Shown here in pieces: positions 1 through 10,400 of a DNA stretch of 64,000 nucleotides (positions within the stretch are counted from its first letter, which is position 1; the number at the start of each line of letters is the position of its first letter). The DNA is taken from NCBI GenBank assembly GCA_944363035.1, contig CALVTS010000005.1, forward strand, positions 12,016 through 76,015, read 5' to 3'. Origin of the DNA: an uncultured Clostridia bacterium (GTDB taxonomy: Bacteria; Bacillota; Clostridia; Christensenellales; CAG-917). The notes under the pieces were generated by a model. It had not been told where the DNA came from. It saw only the letters and a program-made list of their open reading frames with translations, and made no database searches. The position numbers and the translations under genes were made by a program.

Positions 1-1306
1 CTTTATGAGCGAGGAGCAGCTGGACTATTCCGCGGCGAAGGTGCGCGCGGGCGTGGACATCAACGTCGCGATGATAGGCTTCGGGAAGACGAACAGGCAG
101 ATCTTCCTCACCTCCGTCGCGAACAACCAGTTCATCACCGAGCGAGAGGGCAGGACGGAGCTCAAAAAGGTGCACTATCACATCTTTGACAAAAACCCCG
201 CCGAGAACAACAAGAACCTCAACCATTCCTATTACCGCTACAAGCAGGAGAGAGAGGGATACGACGCGGACGCATATCTCCCGTTGCCCTCCCTCCCCGC
301 CGACGAGAGCTATCACAAACTCGACGTCAACGACACCCGTTTTTACAATGTCCTGCACGACGCATTCACGTCGGAGAAGAACTCCGTAAACTTTGCCGTC
401 ATCGCTTTCGGCAGCGACCCCGAAAATATCGATTTTGCACAGAAACTGCTGGATAAACGAGCGGAATGGGGAGTTAAAAACCTTATTGTGTTCGTAAAGA
501 CCCGCAAGGATCACAAGGATCTCGCCGTCCTTAACGTCCCCGGATGCTACGCCATCGGCAACGAGCGCGAGTGTGTTTTCGACATCCGCGAGATCGTGGG
601 CGACAGCATCTACCGCATGGCGCGCCTGCGCAACGCGGTGTATGACGTGGAGTATCTCGTCACCTGCGGAGAGGTGATCAAGCCCACTTCGGATATGGTC
701 GCGAAGAGCAAGGCGGCGTCGGACAGGGAGTGGTACACCGTGCGCTCGCAGCTTGAAAGGGAGTCCAGCCTTTATTGCTGTCTCAGCGTGCGGTCAAAGC
801 TCAATCTCATGGGGTTGGACTGCGTGCCCAAGGGGACGAGGGGCAGACGCCCGCTCACCGAAGAGGAGTATCTCGCGCGGTACGCCAAAGGTTATATGCC
901 GGACTTTGACACCTACGGAGTGGAAGTGGACGGCAAAAAAGTGGTGCACTACGACCTCGATTTCAAGCCATCTCTGCGCACCGACCTCGCCGTGCACGAG
1001 CATCTGAGGTGGAACTCATTCATGATCAGCAAGGGCATGGTGCCCGCCGACAAGGAGCGCATCCTGAATGAGACGGTGACGAGAGCAGACGGCAGCGTGC
1101 GCCACACCAACGGCAAGAATTATGCGTTGCGCCGTCACGGCAATCTCACCACCTTCGAGGGGTTGGAAGAGTTCCGCAAGATGGTCGCGGAGCGTGACGG
1201 CAGGAGGGAAGAGGAGAAGGACGTCATCAAGTATGACTATCAGCTCATGGACGACGCCTGGTGGCTGCTCGACAAAGGCGGCTATATCATCGTGGAAAAG
1301 GAGTGA
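1..1306 (+). CDS. RyR-domain / TrkA-N-like protein, probably 5'-truncated by the window edge
   Basis: Frame is open from the window start. Rossmann-like AMIGFGKTNRQI segment; C-terminal LAVHEHLRWNSFMISKG...HGNLTTFEGL resembles the bacterial RyR-domain LAxxEHxRW motif. Confidence 0.6.
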   Translation, partial: FMSEEQLDYSAAKVRAGVDINVAMIGFGKTNRQIFLTSVANNQFITEREGRTELKKVHYHIFDKNPAENNKNLNHSYYRYKQEREGYDADAYLPLPSLPADESYHKLDVNDTRFYNVLHDAFTSEKNSVNFAVIAFGSDPENIDFAQKLLDKRAEWGVKNLIVFVKTRKDHKDLAVLNVPGCYAIGNERECVFDIREIVGDSIYRMARLRNAVYDVEYLVTCGEVIKPTSDMVAKSKAASDREWYTVRSQLERESSLYCCLSVRSKLNLMGLDCVPKGTRGRRPLTEEEYLARYAKGYMPDFDTYGVEVDGKKVVHYDLDFKPSLRTDLAVHEHLRWNSFMISKGMVPADKERILNETVTRADGSVRHTNGKNYALRRHGNLTTFEGLEEFRKMVAERDGRREEEKDVIKYDYQLMDDAWWLLDKGGYIIVEKE

Positions 1307-1340
1307 TATTTTTTCCTGCGGGCGTGAACATCAACAAAAT

Positions 1341-1366
1341 AAAGGCGGATCGTACGATCCGCCTTT
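1341..1366. terminator. Bidirectional intrinsic terminator
   Basis: Perfect 26-bp palindrome aaaggcggatcgtacgatccgccttt between convergent genes, flanked by A/T runs. Confidence 0.8.
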
Positions 1367-1388
1367 TGCTTGATTTGTTTTGAGGATG

Positions 1389-3068
1389 TCATTTCATCTT
1401 CTTTTTGACGGTGGCGGAGCGGCGCACGATGCGGCGCTGCACCTCTTCGTTTTCCGCTTGCGGCTGGCTTGCGACCACATCCTGTTCGCACATGAGGTTC
1501 ATCTCGTTGCAGAAAGAGGTGACCAGCGCTTCGCTCGCGTTCTTGCGGGTGAGCATGCTGAAGGACATGTTCTCCGCATGCGGGATGACCATCGCGAACT
1601 CTTTGGTGAACTCGTCCACATCCAGCCCTTCCACGCCCGTCTCGAGCACCGTCTCGTACTTGTTGGCGGGGGTGACTTTTTGGGTGATTACGACGAACTT
1701 GCCATAGTCCTTGACGGGGGTGCCGGAGAGCACCGCGGCGCGGATCTGCTGCACGTCGAAGCCGTACTTCTCGAGGGGAGGAGTGTCGCGCAGGATGTCG
1801 GCGCGCACCTGCTGCCAGCGGGAGATGTTGTAGGACTCCGTGACGAGCCAGGAGATGACATTGGCGGGCAGATTGCGCAGGTCGTTGAACATATACCAGA
1901 ACGGCCCGATGGGGAAGGTGCTGTCCTCCAGCGCCTTATAGATGATGTTGAGCTTATAAGCCGCATCGGGGTAGACCTTGACGGAGGCTTTATAGCCGCT
2001 GTGGTCGTCGTTTTCTTTGACGATGAGGACGGTCTTGGACTTATACTTGAACACCCAGTTCAGCGTGCCGCGCTTCTTGATGCAGTAAACGCCGGGGAGA
2101 GACTCGGCAAGGTCTATGACCTCGCGCATGGTCATCGTTTTCTCCTTGTGGGGGAGGAGGATGAGGTTCTCGAACTCGGCGTTGCCCGCCATATTCATGC
2201 GGATGACGTCCATGTCCGACGCGCCGTATTCCTCGAGGGTGGGCACCATCTCGGAATATTTCCTGACCACGGCGTAGATCTCGCCGTCATGCAGGCGGAC
2301 AGAAGTGTAGTAGTTGGTGTTGAAGGAGCCGGGCAGCACGTTCTCGTCCTCTTCGAGAGGGGAGATGTTGTCGTCCGACGAGATATACTTCATCAGCAGA
2401 GAGGCGTTGTCCTGCGAGAGCGCGACCACCGCGGGAGCGGCTTTCGCCTTTTCGCCGGACTCGTCCTTCTTTTCGTACTTCTTCGCGCCGCGCGGCGAGA
2501 CGAGGAAGTAGAGCAGCCCCGCTATGACCGCAAGCACCACGAACACCACATCGAGGATGACCACGATGATGGGGTCGTCCATGATGGCGAGCACGAAGGA
2601 GGAGGTGATGTCGCCGGTCTTGACGCCGAGCACGACGGAGCGGTCGTATTCCGCCGCGTCGCCTTCGAACACCACGCCCGTGGAGGTGACGGAAGCCACC
2701 TTCGCCTCATATACGCCGAACTCCCCGCTGCGGGTGATGAACCGCACTCCCACGGTGTCGCCCGCATAGAAGGGGGTGTCCCTGAACACGGCGCCGCGGT
2801 CGAGAGCGATGCCCGATGACGGGTCGCTGAGCACGGTGCTGTACTCGTCGCCGATGAGATACATCCCGTCGTTGACGGAGGCGACGGACAAAAAGACCAC
2901 CACCACGATGTTGACGGCGAACGCGAGCGCGACGAGCACGATGAGCGCGATGCGCACCGCGTTGGCGATGGCGGGATCACGCAGACCGTACGCGATCTCG
3001 AGCTTTTTGGACTCTTTTTTTTCGGATCTTGCTGTGGACTTTGCCGATTTCGCTTTTTCTTTTCCCAT
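1389..3068 (-). CDS. Two-TM membrane protein: degenerate S26/SipW-like extracytoplasmic domain plus cytoplasmic MmcQ/YjbR-like domain
   Basis: ATG at 3068 (MGKEKAK) with GCAGGGAAG upstream. Two hydrophobic helices flank VLSD..GDTV..FEGDA..D..VLG. The later segment MTMREVIDLAESLPG..FKYKSK..VKVYPD..W...LP..VISWLVTESY matches the YjbR pattern. Confidence 0.6.
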   Translation of the reverse strand: MGKEKAKSAKSTARSEKKESKKLEIAYGLRDPAIANAVRIALIVLVALAFAVNIVVVVFLSVASVNDGMYLIGDEYSTVLSDPSSGIALDRGAVFRDTPFYAGDTVGVRFITRSGEFGVYEAKVASVTSTGVVFEGDAAEYDRSVVLGVKTGDITSSFVLAIMDDPIIVVILDVVFVVLAVIAGLLYFLVSPRGAKKYEKKDESGEKAKAAPAVVALSQDNASLLMKYISSDDNISPLEEDENVLPGSFNTNYYTSVRLHDGEIYAVVRKYSEMVPTLEEYGASDMDVIRMNMAGNAEFENLILLPHKEKTMTMREVIDLAESLPGVYCIKKRGTLNWVFKYKSKTVLIVKENDDHSGYKASVKVYPDAAYKLNIIYKALEDSTFPIGPFWYMFNDLRNLPANVISWLVTESYNISRWQQVRADILRDTPPLEKYGFDVQQIRAAVLSGTPVKDYGKFVVITQKVTPANKYETVLETGVEGLDVDEFTKEFAMVIPHAENMSFSMLTRKNASEALVTSFCNEMNLMCEQDVVASQPQAENEEVQRRIVRRSATVKKKMK

Positions 3069-3102
3069 AAACTTCCCTGCGTGAAAATAAATCACATTTT
3101 TA

Positions 3103-3131
3103 ACTTTATCCGAAAAAAAACCGTTTGTCAA
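3103..3131 (-). promoter_or_regulatory. Putative sigma-A promoter of the membrane protein gene
   Basis: TTGACA-17 nt-TAAAGT on the minus strand. Confidence 0.5.
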
Positions 3132-3370
3132 TGCCTCTTGCAAATCTCTCTAAGGCATAAAAAGTCGCGCTCGCGCATACGCGCTTTAAGGTGACGAAAA
3201 GCGGCGTCCGGATGATCTTCCGCCCGCCAATCGCCTTTTGGACCCCGAAAACGCGGCGGCGGATATGCTCGGCGCCTCGGCGAGGGGGAGAGGAGAGGGC
3301 GGCGGGACGGGGCGGAGCGCCGTGGCGCGCGTCCCGCGGTTTAAGGCGGAACAAAAAACAACAATCGTTA

Positions 3371-3399
3371 TTGCAATGTTGATTATCGGATGATATAAT
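3371..3399 (+). promoter_or_regulatory. Sigma-A promoter of the pilus operon
   Basis: TTGCAA-17 nt-TATAAT with a TGn extension, 30 nt before pilC. Confidence 0.7.
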
Positions 3400-3429
3400 G
3401 CGCGTAAGGGAAGTTATCAGGGGGCTATT

Positions 3430-4629
3430 TTGCAAAAATACACCTACAAAGCGTACGATCTTTCCGGTAAGTTCGTGAAAGGCACTTTGGTCGCGGCGGA
3501 TGACAAGGCGTTCCGTGACGCTCTGCACGACCAGGGGATGCGTTGTTACGAATACCGCATCGTCAATCAGGCAAAGCAAGTGCGTTACAAGCCTCTGAAG
3601 ATCGCGGAGCTCATCGCGTTCAGCAGGCAGCTTTCGTCCATGCTTTCAGCGGGGTTGGACCTCAGCCTCAGCCTGAAGATGCTCTATGAGCGCACCGAAA
3701 AGAAAAAGAAATATCTCAAATTCATCGAGGCGCGCCTTTTTGAGGAGATACAGAAGGGCGAGTCGCTCGCGGGCGCGATGCAGAACCTGGACAACACCTT
3801 CCCGTCGCTGTATATCAGCATGGTGAAGTCCGGCGAGCTGAACGGCAAGATCGACGAGGCCCTCACCACCCTTGCGGATTATTTTGAGAAAGAACACAAG
3901 CAGCGCAACCAGATAAAGAGCGCGATGAGCTATCCCATCATCGTGCTCGTCATCTGCATCCTGGTGGTCATCCTGATGTCCGTCGTGGTGCTGCCGAGGA
4001 TGGCGGCGATGATCCCGGAGGGGACTGCGCTGCCGCTGCCGACGGCGATCCTTCTCGGGCTGAAAGATTTTGTGGTGGACCAATGGTTCGTCGTGCTCAT
4101 CATCGTATTCGCGCTGTTCGTCATCATCCCCATCATCAAGCGCATCCCCAAGGTCGCGGAGATCACGGGCAAGGCGGTGACGCGGCTCCCCGTCATAGGC
4201 AGGCTGACCAAGATGCTTTACACCGCGACTTTCGCGCGGTCGCTTTCCACACTGTACGCCACGGGCATCCCGCTCCTCGACGCCATCGCGATGGGGGCGG
4301 AGATCGTCAACAACAAGTATATCGAGGTGAAGATCCGCGAGGCGGTCATCGCGATCAGGAAGGGCAGTTCCATCGCGGAGGCTTTCGCGCTCGTGGACGC
4401 ATTCGACCCGATGCTGATGACAATGACATTCGTCGGCGAGCAGTCGGGCACGCTGGATGACATCCTCATCCAGACTGCGCAGTATTTCGAGGAAGAGGCG
4501 CAAGGGGCGTTGAAACGTCTGATCGGGATGATCTCGCCCTTCATGCTGATGTTCATGGCACTCGTGGTCGGCTTCGTGCTCATCGCGGTCATGATGCCCA
4601 TGCTGACGCTCTATCAATCCATAGGCTGA
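3430..4629 (+). CDS. pilC: Type IV pilus inner-membrane platform protein (T2SS F family)
   Basis: TTG start after AGGGGG. YKAYDLSGKFVKG N-terminus; FSRQLSSMLSAG, GE..G.L and YPII motifs; duplicated T2SSF domains. Confidence 0.93.
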   Translation: MQKYTYKAYDLSGKFVKGTLVAADDKAFRDALHDQGMRCYEYRIVNQAKQVRYKPLKIAELIAFSRQLSSMLSAGLDLSLSLKMLYERTEKKKKYLKFIEARLFEEIQKGESLAGAMQNLDNTFPSLYISMVKSGELNGKIDEALTTLADYFEKEHKQRNQIKSAMSYPIIVLVICILVVILMSVVVLPRMAAMIPEGTALPLPTAILLGLKDFVVDQWFVVLIIVFALFVIIPIIKRIPKVAEITGKAVTRLPVIGRLTKMLYTATFARSLSTLYATGIPLLDAIAMGAEIVNNKYIEVKIREAVIAIRKGSSIAEAFALVDAFDPMLMTMTFVGEQSGTLDDILIQTAQYFEEEAQGALKRLIGMISPFMLMFMALVVGFVLIAVMMPMLTLYQSIG

Positions 4630-4645
4630 CAATGAGGAGGGATAT

Positions 4646-5560
4646 ATGTACGTTCTGCATCTGAGCGGAGACACGGTGAAGATCCTCGAGGGCGCCTGCA
4701 CGAGGCGCAAACTCGTGATCAACAGCCTCTATTCCGTCGCCATGCCCTGCGACTATCTCGACGCGCCCGACGACAAGGGCTACGAGAAGATAGAGGCGGT
4801 GGTGACCAACGGTCTGCGCGACCTCGGCGAGGAGTTCAAAAACAAGAAAATAAGGGTGGTGCTGGACAACATCAACATCCCCTTCAAGGAGATGGTGGTG
4901 CCCACTCTCGACCGCAAGAAGACCATCGCCCTCGTCAAGAACGAGATCTTCAGCGACGAGAAGCTTGCGGACAGCAACACGGTGGACTATCTCGAGCTGG
5001 AGAAAAAGGTGGACGGGCAGAAGCAGACCCGCATCATGGTGACATATGTGGACAACGTCATCCTGCAGGACATCCAGAAGCTGTGCAAAAACCTGATGTT
5101 CAAGCTCGTCTCCATCGACGTGGGGCAGAACTGCACCGCCAAGCACCTGCACTACATCGCGCCCTCGCTCCCCGAGAGCTACGTATTTGCGGAGCTGCGC
5201 GACACGGTGGTCACGGTGAGCCTGGTCATCGGCGGCGCGTTCAGATATTGCATCTCCAAGAGCGTGGTGCTGCTTGACGCGATGCGGTTCAAGAGCGAGC
5301 GCACTTATTTTGTCAACGACATCGGCAACGTGCTGCGCAGCGCCATCGAGATCTTCCGCAAGGAATATCCCGACTTCGAGTGCAAGAACGTCATCATCGC
5401 AGCCTCGCCCGAGAAATTCGAGCTGTTGCGCAAGCCCGTGCAGGAGAAGCTCGGCGTCGCGGTGGACGCGCTCACGGTGCCCGACAACGTGGACAGCATC
5501 GCGCCCGAGGATTACAGCGAATTTTTCTGCACCATCGGCGGGCTGATCAGGGAGGACTGA
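4646..5560 (+). CDS. pilM: PilM-like actin-fold pilus alignment protein
   Basis: Follows pilC and has an RBS. Soluble 304-aa protein with a divergent PilM pattern (LVSIDV; C-terminal IGGLIR). Confidence 0.65.
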   Translation: MYVLHLSGDTVKILEGACTRRKLVINSLYSVAMPCDYLDAPDDKGYEKIEAVVTNGLRDLGEEFKNKKIRVVLDNINIPFKEMVVPTLDRKKTIALVKNEIFSDEKLADSNTVDYLELEKKVDGQKQTRIMVTYVDNVILQDIQKLCKNLMFKLVSIDVGQNCTAKHLHYIAPSLPESYVFAELRDTVVTVSLVIGGAFRYCISKSVVLLDAMRFKSERTYFVNDIGNVLRSAIEIFRKEYPDFECKNVIIAASPEKFELLRKPVQEKLGVAVDALTVPDNVDSIAPEDYSEFFCTIGGLIRED

Positions 5561-5562
5561 CC

Positions 5563-6285
5563 ATGAGAAAAGACATAAACCTGCTTTACAGTCTCACCCA
5601 ATCCACCAAGAAGAAAAACTCATCCAACATGATGGTGCTCCTTCTTGTGGTGGTGGTCGCGATAGTCGCCCTGATGATCTTCCTCTTCGTCAATGCGAAG
5701 ATGGAAGTGAGCGACAATCAGGGCATTCTGGACGACCTCGAGGCGAGCCTCTCGCAGACGGGGCAGCTCTCCGCCCTGCAAAACAAGTATAACCAGCTCA
5801 AATCGGCTTACGAGAGCGACATCGCGGAGGTGATCGCGGAGGTGTCGCCCGGTCAGTACGCGGCGGTGGGGGCGAAGATGAGCAGCAAGCTCATCGACAT
5901 CCTCATGCCCGTGGACGACGAGGCGGTGCACCCGGACTATGACGCGGACGACGTCAACGACAACGTCTTCGATGTGGACATCACGTCCGTGAGCATCTCG
6001 GGGACGACGATCACTTTGAACTGCGAGGTGACGAGTTACATCGCGGCGTGGGACTATGCGGACTATCTTGCGGGCAATCTCATCCTCGACCGTCCCGGTC
6101 TCGACGCACTCATCGAGGCGAACGCGCTCATCTTCAGCGGGGTGGAGGACAACTATCCCGGTCTTCCTCCCAAGCCCGAGCCCGCGGAGGACGAGGAGGG
6201 CAACATTGTTGAGGAGCCGTTCGGCTTCACGCTGCGCTTCGGCATCGACTGGGCGGCGCTTGCGGACGCGGAGGTGGCGCAATGA
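5563..6285 (+). CDS. pilN: PilN-like protein
   Basis: ATG at 5563 after GGAGG. Hallmark N-terminal KDINLL motif, then a TM helix and a coiled coil. Confidence 0.75.
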   Translation: MRKDINLLYSLTQSTKKKNSSNMMVLLLVVVVAIVALMIFLFVNAKMEVSDNQGILDDLEASLSQTGQLSALQNKYNQLKSAYESDIAEVIAEVSPGQYAAVGAKMSSKLIDILMPVDDEAVHPDYDADDVNDNVFDVDITSVSISGTTITLNCEVTSYIAAWDYADYLAGNLILDRPGLDALIEANALIFSGVEDNYPGLPPKPEPAEDEEGNIVEEPFGFTLRFGIDWAALADAEVAQ

Positions 6286-7289
6286 ACCTTAACTTCACTT
6301 TCACGACAAGAGACAAGATCCTTCTGCTGGTGCTTGCGGTCATCCTGTTCGTGGGCATGATGTACCTCTACGGCGTGATGCCCGCAAACGAAGAGGTGGA
6401 GGATCTCGAAGGGCAGATCTCCGCCAAACAGCAGGAACTCGCGCAGCTCCAGGCGCAGATCGCGGGCATCAACATCGCGGGCATCGACGCCGAGTATGAC
6501 AAGCTGCTGGACTACTACTATACGGCGGACAGGGGAGAGCTTGCCGAGAACATCGGCATCATCGCCATCAACCGTATGATCATCGCCGTCCTGGACGAGC
6601 ACAACATCTCGGGCTACAGCACCACGGGGTGGAGGATCACCGAGGAGAGACTGACGGGCAGCTACGGCGACTACACCGGGGACTATTACATCGCGTCGGC
6701 GACCTGTCCCGTGCCGTACACCGCGGCGCCCGAGGACCTCTACGCCCTCATCGACTACGTGAACGAGGACCCCTTCCTCATCATGACCGACCTCAGCATA
6801 AACTATGTGGAGGAGACTCCCGAGACGGAGGAACCGACGGAGCCCGGCACGGATACGGAGCCGACGGATCCCGACACCGGCACGGATCCCGTGGAGCCCG
6901 TCATCAAGGCGGAGGGCAGCTTCAACCTCATCTACTATATGCGCGTCCCGAAAGGGGCGGCGACCGTGCCCGCGTTGCTCGGCACCGTGACGGGGCTTAC
7001 GGCGGAGGGGGCGACCCTCACCTTCGACTCCGTTGCGAACGCGACGGGATATGAGTTCTACACCGTGACGGAGACGGAGGGCGGCAAGACCTACTCCCTC
7101 ATCGAAAATTACACCGTGAACGCGACCGCGGGGGAGACGGTGAGCGTGACCTTCACATCCGCATGGCTGACCGCGGGCGAGCACACCATCGCGGTGCGCG
7201 CCGTCGGCGACAAGATGGCGGGGTGGTTCAAGTCCGCGCCGCTCGAGACGGACGGGAACGCGATGACGGCGGTCATCACCGTTGCGTGA
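6282..7289 (+). CDS. pilO: PilO-like protein with Pro/Thr/Glu insert and C-terminal FN3-like domain
   Basis: TTRDKILL plus TM plus coiled coil, typical of PilO. ATGA overlap with pilN. C-terminal beta-rich segment (TVTGLT..LTFDSV.NATGY..TIAVRAVG). Confidence 0.65.
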   Translation: MNLNFTFTTRDKILLLVLAVILFVGMMYLYGVMPANEEVEDLEGQISAKQQELAQLQAQIAGINIAGIDAEYDKLLDYYYTADRGELAENIGIIAINRMIIAVLDEHNISGYSTTGWRITEERLTGSYGDYTGDYYIASATCPVPYTAAPEDLYALIDYVNEDPFLIMTDLSINYVEETPETEEPTEPGTDTEPTDPDTGTDPVEPVIKAEGSFNLIYYMRVPKGAATVPALLGTVTGLTAEGATLTFDSVANATGYEFYTVTETEGGKTYSLIENYTVNATAGETVSVTFTSAWLTAGEHTIAVRAVGDKMAGWFKSAPLETDGNAMTAVITVA

Positions 7290-7301
7290 AACGACAAAAC
7301 G

Positions 7302-7414
7302 GCGGTTCATGGTGCGGAAACGGCACGCTGAACCGCGCATTATGACGGTTTCGGCTGTGCAAATGCACCGAAAAGGATCGCTCTGAGACAGGGTCGCATC
7401 ATCCCGATCCGGCA
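7302..7414 (+). repeat. Partial diverged copy of the palindromic element at 35029-35309
   Basis: 7350-7414 aligns without gaps to 35244-35308 (51/65 identical by manual count). Preceded by the hairpin gcggttca..tgaaccgc. Confidence 0.7.
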
Positions 7415-7441
7415 AAAAAAGCAAGGAGGCAAAAGGAAGAC

Positions 7442-10400
7442 ATGAGGCTCAGGCACTTTGCGGCGAGAAAGCGCAAGAGGGGCGCGTCCCTCGTGATGGT
7501 GCTCGTCTCCATGACCATACTCACGATCATGGGGACGCTGTTCACCACCATTGCCATGCGCTCTTATCAATATTCCTACTCCCGCATGTGCCGTCAGCAG
7601 GCTTATTACACCGCGACATCCAGCATAGAGAGCCTCTATGCCAAGATAAAGACCAACGGGGGTGTGCTCAATGACATCACCGCGGCGCTCAATGATGCTT
7701 ATAAGGATCTGAGCGGGGCGGCGCTCGGCATCGACGTCACCACCATCCGAGTGAAGATCGGCTCCACCCACGGCGACCCCGTCACGGAGGAGAGGGCCGT
7801 CGTCGGCAGCGACTTCTTCTACACCTACCTCGGCGAGTGCGACCTTTGGGCGAGGTACAACAACGCGAAGCGCACGGAGATAAGCCTCGAGGCGGAGGCG
7901 ACCTACAACGGCTATTCGGAGACGGCGCGCGCCATCATCGCCAAGACCAATGCCGCCGCGTCGGAGCTCAAGAAGATCTTCGACAACACCTTCTGTCTGC
8001 AGTCTCCCATCTCCACCATAGTGGCGGAGACCACTCACGGCGACATCTACGTCTCCCAACCCATCGCGGACACGGACAGCGCCGCCGTGCAGAATTTGGG
8101 TTCCACATACATCACCGCCTACAACACGGTATTCGCCGCATTGAGTAGTGCAAACGGCACCTACAACGGTCACAGCGGCACCCCGGGGCAGTATCTGCGC
8201 GACACCAACGGCAACATCATCACGGACGAGAACACCAATGAGGGCAAGTATAACCAGGTCCTGAAATCAGGCGTCTACGGCCATGCGCAGGCGAGCACAT
8301 CCAACGCTTCCCTCGTCGGGCACACCAAGCCACTCGACATGGACAATTCCCTTTTGACGGCGTCGTTCATCAATCAGCCGACAGTAGAGCAGTTGTGGTA
8401 CAACGATTGGGCGGAGCTTTACATGTTCTCGGCGGTTGACAGCGGCACGGCGGTGAACGGAGACCTCTATTCCAACTCCAAGATCCTCATAGGGCTGTCG
8501 GACAGAAACCTCAGTTCACGAGCATATCTGCGCAGGTGGGACAACACCATCAAGCGTAGTGTTTTTGCACAGCAAAAAGAGGGTGCATGGTTTGAGGGGC
8601 TCGTTGATGACGGTCAGCTTGACAACTATTTGCAAGACATCAGGTTCAACAACATTGATTTGAGAGATGACTTTGAGCACGGGTTCGGCGAAGAAATGGA
8701 TGTTTTCTTTGATCACCATACCGCTAACGATGTCGTGCTGGAGTATTCACTCTCAACATTCCGCCTCAACGGTGACATGTATCTGTGGGAAGACGCTCGC
8801 ATAGAGAACTTCGACAGCTACAACACGGCAAACAGCAGCGAGAACGACATCTATGCGAAGAAAGACCTTTACATTGACGGGCTCTATATCACCGGATGGA
8901 ACGGCGCGCTTATGGAAACAACAAATACCGTTTCCATTGGCGGCGATGTAGTGGTGCAAGGCAATGCCCAGATCATGAATGCCACCATTTACGGCGATGT
9001 CTATTGCTACGGCGACGAACTGACCATTGTCAGCAGCAAAATCCACGGCAATGTTTATTTCGACGGCGATAATTTCACTTCCGACGACATGGAACTTGGC
9101 GGCGAAGATCATCCGCGAGATGGCAACCTTGTCATCAACTATACAGGCGAGAACTTGAACGTGACAAGTTATAACAATGTGAGCTTCACTTCGACCTCGG
9201 ATGTTGGCGGGAGCGGTTCGTTAAATAGATGGGGCGCGACGCTCACCAACAGTAAGATCTACGGTACGCTGTGGTCCAATGTAAATACACATATAATGGC
9301 TTCAAAATGGAATGAAGGAAGCAGTTCGATCCCGGATATTTATAACGACATATATGTGACGGGATATTTATTCATAGATCTTGTGCAGCCTTATTCATCA
9401 TTAAATAGTCTTTCGGATAGTTACGGGAACACGCCTATACGCCAAGATGGCTTCGGGAGCGGCTATCACGCTCACTGGGCGGATTATGATCCGCGAGATA
9501 CTGAAGTTTCCGAGGGCGTCGCGGCATGGAACTGCTTCGAATCATACAAAAAAGATAGCGTAATATATGCGGACAGGTTCCAGTTCAGGACAAATCAAGG
9601 TGATCCTCCGCTGTGGAGCACAAGTATCGACATAAGCTATTTGGGCAAATTGATCGTTGGTGACGGAGGCTTATATATTGACGGGAATGAGTGGTATAAA
9701 AGAGATGGGAACGACCCGACAACAGGTTGGAGCTGGAGTGAATGGCGGCGAGACTCAATATGTATCGTTGAACTCATAACTGCGTCTGATTCGCCGCAGC
9801 TATGGGAGACGAGGATCGGCAACACTGAATATATTAAAGGCAATACTCCGGAGCGGGATAATCAACTCGCAGGTCATGTGGCGAGCGGTTATTCATCGTT
9901 GTCGGCGGCACTCGAACATCAGAAGACGGACGCTTTGAGCGATTTTTCACACAGTAATGCCGTTGAATATGAGACCGTAGCTTTTGACGATAACGCCGTC
10001 TGGGATGACAAGCTCATCAATATCCGCACCTGGTCGGCGCCGAAGCACAGCAATGACCCCGGCGCGAGCGCCAGCGTGAACTATGTGGGCGGCGAGACGG
10101 GCATCGAATACACGGACGCGAGCGACGTCAAAGTCTATCTTGACTATCTCTCCAAAAACCCCGCCGCAGGCAGCGTGACGGGCACTCAGGGCGCCGGCGA
10201 CTATACCCTCACCATCAAACAGAGCGTGTGTTTCAGCGACAGGGTGGACTGGTCCGCATTTGACAAGATCGTCATCGACACATCGAAGGGCAATGTCTAC
10301 ATCCGCTTCATGGACGGCGTGGTGCTGGGCAAGGCGGACGCGGAGAATTACGACGACGGCGCGGAGGTCGTGCTCACGGGCGGCAGCATGGTCTTCTGGT

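Noticed and set aside
1380-2819. Long antisense ORFs (also 13126-14793, 29875-31980, 51333-52823, 52842-54392 and others)
   Set aside because: Shadow frames of well-supported genes, expected with high GC3; no RBS or family motifs.
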